Virus record (IMG/VR): IMGVR_UViG_3300047174_000111
Location: 1 to 64,000 of that record
Source: a virus
Direction: 5' to 3' (one strand)
Length of the DNA stretch: 64,000 nucleotides
Part shown: positions 19,117 through 27,907 of the stretch, in pieces
Layout of the letters: the number at the start of each line of letters is the position of its first letter
Position numbering within the stretch: the first letter of the stretch is position 1
Translations under genes and position numbers: made by a program
Notes under the pieces: model-generated
Databases searched by the model: none
Seen by the model: the letters and a program-made list of their open reading frames with translations, nothing else
Told to the model about the DNA's origin: nothing

Positions 19117-20802
19117 TCACAGCGTGGCCCGCTGCGCGATGGCCAGCTCGCGGCACCGGGCGTTGATGCGATCCAGTACTCGGACCTGCGACGATGGCGG
19201 GAAGGTGGAGAACGTCGCCCGGTTCGCCTCGATCCAGGCGTCGAGCGCGCGGTTGCCGCTGACGTGCCGCGCCAGCGACGCGGATGCGTTCGCAAGCCAG
19301 GGTGCGATCTGGACGTGGCCCCCCTCGTTGCGCATCGGCTGCACATAGAGGACCGCATCTGTGGCAGGCTCAGGCTCGGCCTGGAGCACGGCAGCCTTTG
19401 GCTCAGGCGTCTCGGGCGAGGGCGGATCATCAGGCGCTTGGCGCTGCTCCAGCATCTTCTCGCACCGCGGATCGTGCCACGCGTCGGCGACGGCGTCGGC
19501 ATTGTGGTGCGTGATGTTGCGCCGCGCCTCCTCGGGCGCGTGGGCGAGCATGTCGAGGTAGTCGCGGGTGAAAGCTGCCGGGTCCGTGTAAAGGTCCGAC
19601 GCGATCTCGCCGTGCTCGTCCAGGAGATGATGGGCGAAAGACGGCGCGGGGTCGGCGGCCGGCGGTGCAGCCAGCTTGCTCTCGATCGCCGCCACGTCGT
19701 CGGCCAGCTCGTCGGACCTGGGCCGACGGCCCGTTTCAGTCTCAACCGCCGGCGTCGGCGGCTTCGGCGCCAGCTTCTCGATGCGGGCCTTCTGGGCGTC
19801 GATATGCCGCACCAGGCGCTTGTGCGTCTCGGGAAACCGTGCCGCCATGCCGGCCATCGCCGGCGCCCAGCTGCCGGCCAGCTTGTCTTCGAAGACGCTC
19901 CACTGCACCGGGTTCACGGCGACGAACGCCGACCAGTAGATCGCCGCCACGTCGGACGCGATGACGCGCTTGATCGCGCCCCTGATCTGGCCTTCCAGCC
20001 ACTTCCAGGCGGTCTCGTCGCCGCGGAGCCGCTCCAGCTCCGGGAGGAGACGGTGGACGTAATCGAGCGTGTAGTCGATGTCGGACGCCGACTCCTCAGG
20101 CTGAGGAGCGCAGCTCCTGGCGATCGTACGCAGAATGGGTTGGAGGGAGTAGCCCACGGCCGGCACGCCACCGGCCTGCTGACGGGGCGCTTCGTCAGGA
20201 GCATTCGCGTCGCGCACCGCGACCTGTTGATGGTTGCCGTCATCATCCTCGTCGGCGGCGATGTTCCAGAACGAACAGGTCGAGTAGCGCCGGATATACG
20301 TGCTGTTCGATGCGATGACCTTTGGATCAAAGGATTTCACCAGAGGCAGATCGAATTCGATCCACTGCCCGCTGAGCGTGTGGTGGATGTGCGTGACCTG
20401 CACCGTGCCGCCGTTGCGCGCCACGATCGGCTGCGTGTACGCGACACCCTCGGCCGCGAGGTGAGGCCGCATCATGTCGTTCACCACGTCGAGCGTCGCG
20501 TAGCGATAGCTGTAGCCGGCCCTGCCGTCCTTCGCCGGGACGGTGACTTTCTTGTTCCTGCGCGGCGAGACCAGCTTTCCCTGGATGCGTGCGATCGCTC
20601 CGTAGATTTCGTCCGTCTCCGGGCTGGTGCGTGTCGCGCTCGCGTTGTTCATCGCGTGCACGAGCTGGTTGCGCTGCGTCTCCAGGTCCTGCGGCGTCAT
20701 GATCTCGCCGCGCCTGGCCAGCGGCGCGACTTCGGCCTCGGTGCGCGAGACCAGTTCCTGGTCTTCGCGCGGATCACGGAGGTCCGTCGACATCTCGTTC
20801 AT
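19117..20802 (-). CDS. ERF-family single-strand annealing protein with long C-terminal extension
   Basis: YSYRYATLD, GQWIE, TYIRRYS...IAADEDDDGN. Confidence 0.85.
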   Translation of the reverse strand: MNEMSTDLRDPREDQELVSRTEAEVAPLARRGEIMTPQDLETQRNQLVHAMNNASATRTSPETDEIYGAIARIQGKLVSPRRNKKVTVPAKDGRAGYSYRYATLDVVNDMMRPHLAAEGVAYTQPIVARNGGTVQVTHIHHTLSGQWIEFDLPLVKSFDPKVIASNSTYIRRYSTCSFWNIAADEDDDGNHQQVAVRDANAPDEAPRQQAGGVPAVGYSLQPILRTIARSCAPQPEESASDIDYTLDYVHRLLPELERLRGDETAWKWLEGQIRGAIKRVIASDVAAIYWSAFVAVNPVQWSVFEDKLAGSWAPAMAGMAARFPETHKRLVRHIDAQKARIEKLAPKPPTPAVETETGRRPRSDELADDVAAIESKLAAPPAADPAPSFAHHLLDEHGEIASDLYTDPAAFTRDYLDMLAHAPEEARRNITHHNADAVADAWHDPRCEKMLEQRQAPDDPPSPETPEPKAAVLQAEPEPATDAVLYVQPMRNEGGHVQIAPWLANASASLARHVSGNRALDAWIEANRATFSTFPPSSQVRVLDRINARCRELAIAQRATL

Positions 20803-21611
20803 CAGCGTGTCCTCGCGACTGCGTCGGCCCAGATCTTGATCCCCGGTATGTCGCGAACCGGTTTGTCTTTGCGACGGATCGCGAGGCGCACCTTCTCTTC
20901 GTCGAGCTTGAGCCACTCACGGGGCACGAGGGCGATATCCTCGACCTGGAATGTCCATATCTGCCCGAGCGAACTCGTGGTGCCGTATGTGCTGGCGACG
21001 CGGCCCAGCGCGGACGGCGCGGCGTTCGCGGCGATCTCGGCCTGCTGGGCGACGTCGTCGGCGGCGGTAGCATCGCGCAGCGTCGCGCCGGCCCTGGCCA
21101 GGGCCTGTTGCGCAATCGCGTCGGCCCGCTCGCGCGCCAGCCGCTGCTCTTCGTCGAGACGCGCCTTTTCCGCATCGGCTTTCGCCTGCAGATAGGCCGC
21201 CTGCAGCCTGTTGAGCGGCGAGCGGGTTTCGCAGGCCTCGCGCAGCGGCTTCACGATGCCCGTGAGGAAGAATGCATTCACGACCCGCGTCGCGCTCAGA
21301 AATGGCTCGCCGATCGCCTCGCGCGCCTTGTCAACGGCACTGGCGGTCTCGCTCAGCATCTTCAGCAAAGCGCTGACGTTGCCGGCGACCTCATCGTCGG
21401 GGATGCCGGTCTTGCCGTGCTTCTCCAGCACGTTTTTGACGGATGCGAGCAGCGCATCCCGCCGGCTCGTCTTGTCCGCGTGCTCCATGGTGTACTGGTC
21501 GCGCAGGACCGCCGGATCGAGCATGTCCTTGAGCGTCACCGTGACCTCGGTCAGCTCAGGGCCGCCGTTGTGGCCCATGCCGTACGCCCGTGACGCCGTG
21601 ATTTTGTTCAT
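20802..21611 (-). CDS. Coiled-coil recombination-associated protein
   Basis: C-terminal W.F.V.D...VPRE...IPGI; lies upstream of ERF. Confidence 0.6.
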   Translation of the reverse strand: MNKITASRAYGMGHNGGPELTEVTVTLKDMLDPAVLRDQYTMEHADKTSRRDALLASVKNVLEKHGKTGIPDDEVAGNVSALLKMLSETASAVDKAREAIGEPFLSATRVVNAFFLTGIVKPLREACETRSPLNRLQAAYLQAKADAEKARLDEEQRLARERADAIAQQALARAGATLRDATAADDVAQQAEIAANAAPSALGRVASTYGTTSSLGQIWTFQVEDIALVPREWLKLDEEKVRLAIRRKDKPVRDIPGIKIWADAVARTR

Positions 21612-21618
21612 GGAGACC

Positions 21619-21942
21619 TCAGAAGACCGGTGGCGTGGCCGTGGCGAGGCTGATGCGCTCGTTCGGGCGACCCGCGGGATGGCCCGGGATGTCGCGCAGC
21701 GCCAGGCGGCGCTCGTACTCGTCGCGGGTGATCCGGTCGCCGAGCCAGAGCCGGCTGACCCAAGGTGCTTCCAGCGGATCGGTTGCCGGCGGGTATGCCT
21801 TGCCGTTGACCACGGCGTGCCACTTGCCGCCTTCGACGACGATCCGCCCCGGCACGAACGGGCCGCCGGATACGAGCTTGATCAGGAAGCACCCCGGCTC
21901 GGGGCGGTCCACGAGGCGTGGCGCCTGGGTGCGGTTAGCCAT
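21619..21942 (-). CDS. Phage hypothetical protein
   Basis: PEPG.F..KLV.GGP.VP.RI motif. Confidence 0.55.
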   Translation of the reverse strand: MANRTQAPRLVDRPEPGCFLIKLVSGGPFVPGRIVVEGGKWHAVVNGKAYPPATDPLEAPWVSRLWLGDRITRDEYERRLALRDIPGHPAGRPNERISLATATPPVF

Positions 21943-22033
21943 GGGAAGGGCGGTCCGAGCCGCTAATGTGGAGCGTCGCTCCGGTCGTACGTGCCATGTC
22001 GCCTCCGGGTTCCATCGAATGGCGCGACCGTGA

Positions 22034-22047
22034 CACATCAAAATGTG
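22034..22047. promoter_or_regulatory. CACAT-N4-ATGTG putative operator next to a minus-strand TTGACG
   Basis: Same palindrome at 11831, 32632, 38195 and 57850. Confidence 0.55.
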
Positions 22048-22096
22048 CTCCGTCAACGCCAATCGGCACACGGAAGACACATTGTGCGCCCGAACG

Positions 22097-22133
22097 CAAA
22101 AACCCCCGCCGACACGAGGTCGGCGGGGGTTTG
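22097..22133 (-). terminator. Terminator closing the hammerhead gene array
   Basis: CCCCCGCCGAC/GTCGGCGGGGG stem with a T-run on the minus strand. Confidence 0.8.
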
Positions 22134-22135
22134 CT

Positions 22136-22492
22136 TTAAGCCGAGCGGCGCGCGCAGGTGTTCCGCTGCTGTTGGGCGCGATCGTAGGCATCTCGGAAGG
22201 GCTTGCAGTGCTCGCACCAGAGATAGGCCCCGACGCGGCCTTCAGCCTCGTGCTCGCGATGTTGGGCCGCCGAGTAGGCCGCTAGGTAGGCGGCGTCGTA
22301 GCGGCGCCAGCGGGCCCAGACGTGGGCTTCCAGCCGAATCGCCTCCTGGTTGCCCCAGTTGTGGACGAGGCCGCTGTCACCATTGGTTGCGGCGTGGGCG
22401 GCACAGGTCAGTGCGCGCCTCGCGCCCATTGCGTGACGGAACGCTCGACACATGCGCTCGTAGAGTTGAGTGCAGGTCAGCTGCTTGGGCAT
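22136..22492 (-). CDS. Hypothetical protein (array gene)
   Basis: GGAG RBS inside HHR1; ends at the terminator. Confidence 0.7.
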   Translation of the reverse strand: MPKQLTCTQLYERMCRAFRHAMGARRALTCAAHAATNGDSGLVHNWGNQEAIRLEAHVWARWRRYDAAYLAAYSAAQHREHEAEGRVGAYLWCEHCKPFRDAYDRAQQQRNTCARRSA

Positions 22493-22497
22493 TAGGT

Positions 22498-22553
22498 GCT
22501 CCTTGTCAGGCCGGCGATGATGCCGGCGACCCGGCGAGGCCGGGTTTCGGAGC
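22498..22553 (-). ncRNA. Hammerhead-like HHR1 (core CUGACAA)
   Basis: GCTCC-GAAA-CCCGG/CCGGG-TC-GCCGGC/GCCGGC-CTGACAA-GGAGC; the 5-bp stem II covers the SD. Confidence 0.7.
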
Positions 22554-22555
22554 GG

Positions 22556-22993
22556 TCAGGCGGCGCCGCGCCGCAGCCACGCATCGAACAGGTGGAAAAG
22601 CGGTTGCGGTAGCTCGCCGCGATACCAGGCGGTGTCGAAACACCAGCTGCCGCCCGGCCATTTGACTTGCGCGATCTCGCGATCGTAGGCGAGGCCGCCC
22701 AGACGTGCGCGCGGGCGGATGCGATGCTCGTAGGCCTCGAAGAACCTGAAGCGTTCGGGCAAGCACTTGCCGTCGCGCTCACTGAAGGCATTCGCGATGC
22801 GCGAGAGCACCGCCTCCGAGGCGTTGGTGATCGACGGCCCCTGATTATCGCGCAGATCGATAATCAGCACCCATGTGACGCCGTCGACGGTGGTGTCGGC
22901 GACGCCGAACGTGGTGGGAAGGCCCGCCGGAGGCATGGCCGTGAGGCGATTGACCTGGATAGCAGGTGGTTCCGTCGTAAGGGTTTGGGTCAT
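22556..22993 (-). CDS. Hypothetical protein (array gene)
   Basis: Bounded by HHR2 and HHR1; IIDL...PSITNA.E.V motif. Confidence 0.7.
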   Translation of the reverse strand: MTQTLTTEPPAIQVNRLTAMPPAGLPTTFGVADTTVDGVTWVLIIDLRDNQGPSITNASEAVLSRIANAFSERDGKCLPERFRFFEAYEHRIRPRARLGGLAYDREIAQVKWPGGSWCFDTAWYRGELPQPLFHLFDAWLRRGAA

Positions 22994-22997
22994 TGGT

Positions 22998-23049
22998 GGC
23001 TCCTCAGGCCGGCGTGACGCCGGCGACCCGGCCGAAACCGGGTTTCGCC
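22998..23049 (-). ncRNA. Type II hammerhead HHR2 (canonical CUGAGGA)
   Basis: GGC-GAAA-CCCGG/CCGGG-TC-GCCGGC/GCCGGC-CTGAGGA-GCC. Confidence 0.85.
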
Positions 23050-23051
23050 TC

Positions 23052-23252
23052 TCAGCGATCGACGACGCGGATCAGCAGGAAGGCCTCGCCGTTCTGGGCA
23101 TCGCCCTGGACCTCGTCGAGGGCAAGCGAAAGCCCTTCGGGGCCCTCGTCATCGATGTTGTCAATCAGCGATCGCATCTGATCGCGCGTCATGTCGAAGC
23201 CGCGCCAGTTCTCCGGCTCCTTGCGGGGCCAGGAGGTGTCGTTGTCGTCCAT
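23052..23252 (-). CDS. Small acidic hypothetical protein (array gene)
   Basis: ATG after the GGAG of HHR3. Confidence 0.65.
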   Translation of the reverse strand: MDDNDTSWPRKEPENWRGFDMTRDQMRSLIDNIDDEGPEGLSLALDEVQGDAQNGEAFLLIRVVDR

Positions 23253-23260
23253 GGTGATCT

Positions 23261-23307
23261 CCTTGTCAGGCGGCAAATCGCCGCGACCCAGCGAGGCCGG
23301 GTTTCGA
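23261..23307 (-). ncRNA. Hammerhead-like HHR3 (core CUGACAA)
   Basis: C-GAAA-CCCGG/CTGGG-TC-GCGGC/GCCGC-CTGACAA-G. Confidence 0.65.
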
Positions 23308-23310
23308 TAA

Positions 23311-23700
23311 TCAGCCCCAGCGCGCGTCGGCCAGGATCTCCGTGGTCTTCGCCACGATCTCATGAGCGTTCGGCCATTGCCAGACCTTGGCCAGCGCGAT
23401 GGACTGCCAGACGTTCGGCAGGCTCCCATGTCCTTTCGGAAACAGCGCTTCAATGTGGATGTAAATCCCTTCATTGGAGCCCTCCACCGCAAAACATGCG
23501 ATCCAGCGCGCATCTGACGGCCACGGCATGCTGTCATATCGGTTTTGGTTTACCGAGTTGATGTAGCTCAAGTCGGAGAATTCGCTTTCTCCGAATTCGA
23601 TCTTCATATCCTTGAGCCGCGCGTTGATCTGCTGGATCACTTCGCGGCATGTCAGCCCATCGACCTTGATTCGGCCGACGGTGATGGTGCTTCCATTCAT
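23311..23700 (-). CDS. Hypothetical protein (array gene)
   Basis: Bounded by HHR4 and HHR3; GSNEGIYIHI motif. Confidence 0.7.
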   Translation of the reverse strand: MNGSTITVGRIKVDGLTCREVIQQINARLKDMKIEFGESEFSDLSYINSVNQNRYDSMPWPSDARWIACFAVEGSNEGIYIHIEALFPKGHGSLPNVWQSIALAKVWQWPNAHEIVAKTTEILADARWG

Positions 23701-23708
23701 GATGGTAA

Positions 23709-23754
23709 CTCCTCAGCCCGGCGGAATGCCGGGGACCCGCAGGGGCGGGTTTCT
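23709..23754 (-). ncRNA. Hammerhead HHR4 (CUGAGGA; A precedes GAAA)
   Basis: A-GAAA-CCCGC/GCGGG-TC-CCCGGC/GCCGGG-CTGAGGA-G. Confidence 0.75.
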
Positions 23755-23760
23755 CTGTTG

Positions 23761-24003
23761 TCAGGCCGCTTTGTCGGCGCCCTCATGGATGAAGTAGCGG
23801 TCGCCATCGCGGCGGACCTTGCCAGCACGCTCCAACCCACTCATCAGGCTGGTGAACTGGCTGTAGCTGCAGCCGTGCTGCATCAGCGCGGCGTAGAGCG
23901 GGCCACCCGGACAGCCCGTTGGGCCGGCCGCCTTCACGGCATCGAGGGTGGCATCCACGACTAACCCAAGTGCTTCGCGCTGCTGCGCTGTCATCTGAGG
24001 CAT
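23761..24003 (-). CDS. Small winged-helix-like hypothetical protein (array gene)
   Basis: AAGGAG RBS; bounded by HHR5 and HHR4. Confidence 0.7.
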   Translation of the reverse strand: MPQMTAQQREALGLVVDATLDAVKAAGPTGCPGGPLYAALMQHGCSYSQFTSLMSGLERAGKVRRDGDRYFIHEGADKAA

Positions 24004-24017
24004 CGTATCACTCCTTC

Positions 24018-24065
24018 ATCGTCAGCGCCGGCGATATTGCCGGCAGACCCGCGTTGCGGGTTTCG
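24018..24065 (-). ncRNA. Hammerhead HHR5 (CUGACGA)
   Basis: C-GAAA-CCCGC/GCGGG-TC-TGCCGGC/GCCGGCG-CTGACGA-T. Confidence 0.75.
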
Positions 24066-24067
24066 TG

Positions 24068-24610
24068 TCACGCGGCCTCCTCTGTGGCAGCCTCCAGTTC
24101 GACCCGTTCGACTGGCACGCGGGCGAACGGGGTGTTCGCCAGCATCCATTGGCGCAGGCTCTTGAGCAGCGCGCCCTGGCTCGACGCATCCGCCGGCTCG
24201 ACGACGCGGCCGCGGTATTCAATTGCGGTCAGGGCGTCGCGCGCGGTCCGGCGATACAACTCGCTGCCGTGGAGATAGACCTCGGGGATAGGGGCCTCGA
24301 GACCCATGTTCCATCGGAGCTGACCCAGGTAATGCGGCATGCGGCTGAGCATGCGTGCTCGCGCTGCATCGAGCTTGCGCTCGTACGTCACGATCGGCGT
24401 GCCGGTGTGGATGAAGCCATGAAGGGCCGAAAGCACCACAACCCAGGGAATGCGGTGCTGCATCGGGTCGTTGGGCTTGTCGAGCTTGTCCTGGCATTTT
24501 CGGTAGGTGCGCCATGACGGCCCGTCGTAGACTTCGAAGGCCGGCTTCGGCGTGACGACGTGCCGCTTGGTCTGTGAGCACGCCATGATCAACGCTCGTT
24601 CGATTGGCAT
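24068..24610 (-). CDS. DUF6884/YaaA-like protein (array gene)
   Basis: IMACSQTK...A.EVYDGP...VLSALHGFI...YERKL. Confidence 0.6.
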   Translation of the reverse strand: MPIERALIMACSQTKRHVVTPKPAFEVYDGPSWRTYRKCQDKLDKPNDPMQHRIPWVVVLSALHGFIHTGTPIVTYERKLDAARARMLSRMPHYLGQLRWNMGLEAPIPEVYLHGSELYRRTARDALTAIEYRGRVVEPADASSQGALLKSLRQWMLANTPFARVPVERVELEAATEEAA

Positions 24611-24620
24611 AGGGTTTCTC

Positions 24621-24664
24621 CTCTTCAGGGCCCCGGATTGGGGCGACCCGCAGGGCGGGTTTCG
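24621..24664 (-). ncRNA. Hammerhead HHR6 (CUGAAGA)
   Basis: C-GAAA-CCCGC/GCGGG-TC-GCCCC/GGGGC-C-CTGAAGA-G. Confidence 0.75.
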
Positions 24665-24665
24665 C

Positions 24666-25520
24666 TCAGTCGGCCGCGTCCTGGAGCGCATCGACGGGTA
24701 CGTCCAGTGGGACATACTCGGCGAGCGCGCCGGCCGCATCCGCATTGTGCGCCGTGAGAAGCGCGATCCGGTTACCGAAGTCCATCCGTTGCCAGGCGGG
24801 CTTCGCCTTTTCGCGCGCCTCCCGCTGGCGCAGCTTCCAGTTCCAGCCGCCCAGGATATGGGCGGGCGTGTACCACACCTCGTCGAACTCATTACGGAGA
24901 GTGTCGCCGCGGTAGATCATGCAGGGGATGTGCATGAGCGAAGCCTGGACGTAGGTCATGTGGACGCAGCGACGGTCGATGTCGGCAGCGGTGACGTGCA
25001 GCGTCTGCTGGTAATTGACATCGCGATCCGACAGCGCATCGGCCATGGCGACAATCATGCCGCCGGGGCCGCAACAGGGTTCGCAGGCGGTGACGAAGCC
25101 ATGCTGCTCGATGACCTCTTTCATCGCATCGGCATAGACCATCGTCGCCATCATCTTCGACACGCTGTAGGGCGTGAAGAACTGGCCGTGCCAGTCGCCT
25201 CGCAGCTCAAGGCCTGTCCATATCGCCCCCATTACATCGCGGGGGTGCGCATCGAGCACCGTCGTGACGTCTCCGAGCAGTGTGGCGATCACCGCCAGCT
25301 CCTCGGCCTTGTAGCCCTTGGCAATTTCGAGGTAGCGTTTCTCGCGCTTCTCGCGCTGCTGCAGGTCGACCGCGTTGCTGATGGCGATGGCGGCCATCTC
25401 GACGAAATCGCCGAAGACGGTCTCGGGGCGGTGACTGTCCAGGCTCTTGATGTTCGAGACGATAGAATTGATCCGCGCCTCCGGCGTGAGCAGGATTGGC
25501 GCTTTTTTCTTGGCGGACAT
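24666..25520 (-). CDS. N6-adenine DNA methyltransferase-like protein (array gene)
   Basis: GQFFTPY, EPCCGPGGM, ADID, GDTL motifs. Confidence 0.8.
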   Translation of the reverse strand: MSAKKKAPILLTPEARINSIVSNIKSLDSHRPETVFGDFVEMAAIAISNAVDLQQREKREKRYLEIAKGYKAEELAVIATLLGDVTTVLDAHPRDVMGAIWTGLELRGDWHGQFFTPYSVSKMMATMVYADAMKEVIEQHGFVTACEPCCGPGGMIVAMADALSDRDVNYQQTLHVTAADIDRRCVHMTYVQASLMHIPCMIYRGDTLRNEFDEVWYTPAHILGGWNWKLRQREAREKAKPAWQRMDFGNRIALLTAHNADAAGALAEYVPLDVPVDALQDAAD

Positions 25521-25527
25521 AGGTTTG

Positions 25528-25573
25528 CTCCTCAGGCACGCGGGATGCGTGCGACCCGGCAAGCCGGGTTTCG
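25528..25573 (-). ncRNA. Hammerhead HHR7 (CUGAGGA)
   Basis: C-GAAA-CCCGG/CCGGG-TC-GCACGC/GCGTGC-CTGAGGA-G. Confidence 0.8.
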
Positions 25574-25577
25574 GAGG

Positions 25578-26144
25578 TCACTCGATCAACTTGATCCACG
25601 AGGTGTAGTCGGGCGACATGATCATCGTGACGAAGGCTTCAGTGCCTGGAATGCCCTGCCGCGCGTTGTACCGGGTGGGCTGCTCGAGGCCGTAGAAGTT
25701 CTTCAGGGCCTTCTTGCTCCACAGGCAGTAGCCTTCCTCGATCAGTTCATGGGCGCGCCGGCCGATCGAGCCGGGCGCGAACCAGCATTCGCCGGTGTTG
25801 ATCTGGCGCTGCCAGAAGGCGATGAGCTGCTTCGCGTTGGCCGGCAGGACGTCGTTGATCTCGTCGGTCAGCGCTTGGGCGGTGTCGAGTTCCAGTGCAG
25901 CGAGGACGGTGACGCGCTCGCCGAACGGCATGTTGCGCCAAACGGCGCCGGTCGTCAGGAACGAGTGCTCGAAGTAGGCCTCGCGCTGCTCCTGCGTGGC
26001 CGCGTGGGACGCGACGACATGGGGCTTGCGCGTGCCGTCGGGCAGCTTCTCGACGATCATGACGTTCGAGACGCACTCCTCGACCAGACTGGATGCGGCG
26101 AGCTTTGACTGCTCGTCGTCGCCCAGCATGACGATATGGTTCAT
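25578..26144 (-). CDS. Hypothetical protein (array gene)
   Basis: WQRQINTG..W...GSIGR.A.ELIEEGYC; bounded by hammerheads. Confidence 0.7.
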   Translation of the reverse strand: MNHIVMLGDDEQSKLAASSLVEECVSNVMIVEKLPDGTRKPHVVASHAATQEQREAYFEHSFLTTGAVWRNMPFGERVTVLAALELDTAQALTDEINDVLPANAKQLIAFWQRQINTGECWFAPGSIGRRAHELIEEGYCLWSKKALKNFYGLEQPTRYNARQGIPGTEAFVTMIMSPDYTSWIKLIE

Positions 26145-26149
26145 GGGAT

Positions 26150-26209
26150 ACTCCTCAGGCCGGCGGAATGCCGGCGACCGGCCCGGCCATAGGCCTGGGC
26201 AGGTTTCGT
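26150..26209 (-). ncRNA. Hammerhead HHR8 (CUGAGGA)
   Basis: AC-GAAA-CC..long stem III..GG-TC-GCCGGC/GCCGGC-CTGAGGA-GT. Confidence 0.8.
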
Positions 26210-26802
26210 CACGCCGCGAGGCGCAAAGGCTCCTCGGCGCGGGCCGCGACTGCTTGCTCAACAGCTGCGTCCTTTTTCCGCCCGGTTTTCTTGTCGTAGT
26301 CGGCTTTCCAGACGACTGGGTCGGCGTGCTCCGGGTTGACCTTGATCGAGGCCCGCCAGACAGCCCAGACGTCGCGGTCGCGCAGCTCAGGCACAACAGT
26401 GCAGGTCTCCAGCTTCATTTCGAAGCTGCTGATCTCCACGCCATGCGGGATGATGCCGCCCGGCCAGAACTCGGCATGAGGGATGAACTGGTCACGCGGC
26501 ATCCGGATCGTGGTGCCGCGCTCGCTTTTGTAGCTGGCCTGATCCTTCTTCAGCCGCCCCCACCGTCCCGCGTCGCATACCTGTCGGAACATGTAGCGCG
26601 GGCCGTGCCGATTCATCGCGTTGGCTTTCGCGGCGGCGAGCAGCTTGCTGAACAGCTCGCCGCGCGCCATGCGCCGAGGCTTGGCAAACGGTGGCTCGCC
26701 GAGGCTGAGGCCGGCCCTTTCCCGTAACACCGGAGGGCAGTATGGCATCATGTCGGCTATGAGCTGCGCGACCTTCTGGGTCTGCGTCAGTGCTTTGGGC
26801 AT
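26209..26802 (-). CDS. Basic hypothetical protein (array gene)
   Basis: ATG after the GAGGAG of HHR9. Confidence 0.7.
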   Translation of the reverse strand: MPKALTQTQKVAQLIADMMPYCPPVLRERAGLSLGEPPFAKPRRMARGELFSKLLAAAKANAMNRHGPRYMFRQVCDAGRWGRLKKDQASYKSERGTTIRMPRDQFIPHAEFWPGGIIPHGVEISSFEMKLETCTVVPELRDRDVWAVWRASIKVNPEHADPVVWKADYDKKTGRKKDAAVEQAVAARAEEPLRLAA

Positions 26803-26809
26803 GGTCTTG

Positions 26810-26862
26810 CTCCTCAGGACCGCGGGATGCGGTCGACCGCCCCTGGCGATGGGGCGGTTTCG
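26810..26862 (-). ncRNA. Hammerhead HHR9 (CUGAGGA)
   Basis: C-GAAA-CCGCCCC/GGGGCGG-TC-GACCGC/GCGGTC-CTGAGGA-G. Confidence 0.8.
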
Positions 26863-27068
26863 GAGCGGAGGCGTCATTCCTCCTTGGGCTGTTGCACCAG
26901 ATCGGAATCGCGATCGACGGCGGCTTGTTCTTCAGCGGTCAGCCTGCCAGCGAGCCGGTCGATCCCATCGTCACGATCGTCGTCGTCAAGCCATTCGATG
27001 ATGTCTTGCGCGCTTGGCACGATTTCTTCCGGACTGAAAGTGCGAAACTTTCTGCGCCGAGGGATGCC

Positions 27069-27284
27069 TCAGCTTCCAATTTCGATATTCAACTGCTCGG
27101 CGTCTTCCAGCGCGAGCACAATGCCTTCTGGATGTTCGTAGCGCGCGCTGAGATCGGAACCGACAGGATAGACGGAAGCGTCTAGGCGCGTGGCTGCATC
27201 TACGTCCTCAACGTGTAGGATCAGAATGTCTCCGTTTTCATTCCTTCTCCCGAAGAATGAGCCGTATTTGTCGCTGTAGGCCAT
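27069..27284 (-). CDS. Small hypothetical protein (array gene)
   Basis: AAGGAG RBS from HHR10. Confidence 0.7.
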   Translation of the reverse strand: MAYSDKYGSFFGRRNENGDILILHVEDVDAATRLDASVYPVGSDLSARYEHPEGIVLALEDAEQLNIEIGS

Positions 27285-27292
27285 TATTTTCT

Positions 27293-27337
27293 CCTTTTCA
27301 GGCCACAGGATTGCGGCGACCCCTCGCGGGGTTTCGG
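27293..27337 (-). ncRNA. Hammerhead-like HHR10 (core CUGAAAA)
   Basis: CC-GAAA-CCCC/GGGG-TC-GCCGCA/TGTGGC-CTGAAAA-GG. Confidence 0.65.
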
Positions 27338-27348
27338 GTCAGTCAACG

Positions 27349-27600
27349 TCAGGCCGCGACGGGCGCGTCCTTCGATGCCGCAGGCCACGGCAGGCTCTCG
27401 GCGACGCCGGCGAGATGGTAGATCTCCATCGGTGTCACTCCAGGCGGCGCTTCCAGGCGACAGGCGTTGCGCGCAAAATGCACGGTGGCTTGGGGGGAGC
27501 CTGTAATGGCGTTTTCCGCCAGTCTCTTGAGGTGTGGAAACTTGGTCACGTAGGCGCCAAGGACATGGGCCGGGATAGGACCAGGTGTTTGAGATGGCAT
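27349..27600 (-). CDS. Small hypothetical protein (array gene)
   Basis: Bounded by HHR11 and HHR10. Confidence 0.65.
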   Translation of the reverse strand: MPSQTPGPIPAHVLGAYVTKFPHLKRLAENAITGSPQATVHFARNACRLEAPPGVTPMEIYHLAGVAESLPWPAASKDAPVAA

Positions 27601-27608
27601 ATTTCTCT

Positions 27609-27653
27609 CCTTTTCAGGCAGCTCGATTGCTGCGACCCCTTTTGGGGTTTCGG
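27609..27653 (-). ncRNA. Hammerhead-like HHR11 (core CUGAAAA)
   Basis: CC-GAAA-CCCC/GGGG-TC-GCAGC/GCTGC-CTGAAAA-GG. Confidence 0.65.
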
Positions 27654-27654
27654 C

Positions 27655-27897
27655 TCAGTCGAAAGTGGGCTGCAGTCCTGCCCAAGCTTGGCATGCTCGA
27701 TCTCTCCAATCCGCAACCATGTGACGGCCGGCCGGCGAACTTTCGGGATCGTCTATGACGATCCCGTTAGATTGGCAGAACGAAATGAGAGCTGATTTCG
27801 AGTTCGAATTATACCAGTTTAGGGCCGCTTCATACGCATCGAAGCTCGGGAACCGGAAGAAAGCACCCGTCTCATCGTGCTGATATTCGTATGTCAT
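27655..27897 (-). CDS. Small hypothetical protein (array gene)
   Basis: Bounded by HHR12 and HHR11. Confidence 0.7.
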   Translation of the reverse strand: MTYEYQHDETGAFFRFPSFDAYEAALNWYNSNSKSALISFCQSNGIVIDDPESSPAGRHMVADWRDRACQAWAGLQPTFD

Positions 27898-27907
27898 AAG
27901 CGTCTCT

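Noticed and set aside
19264-21195. Long antisense ORFs (for example 19264-21195, 24552-26108, 51122-53134)
   Set aside because: They are shadows of real genes on the opposite strand in high-GC DNA, with no motifs or RBS.
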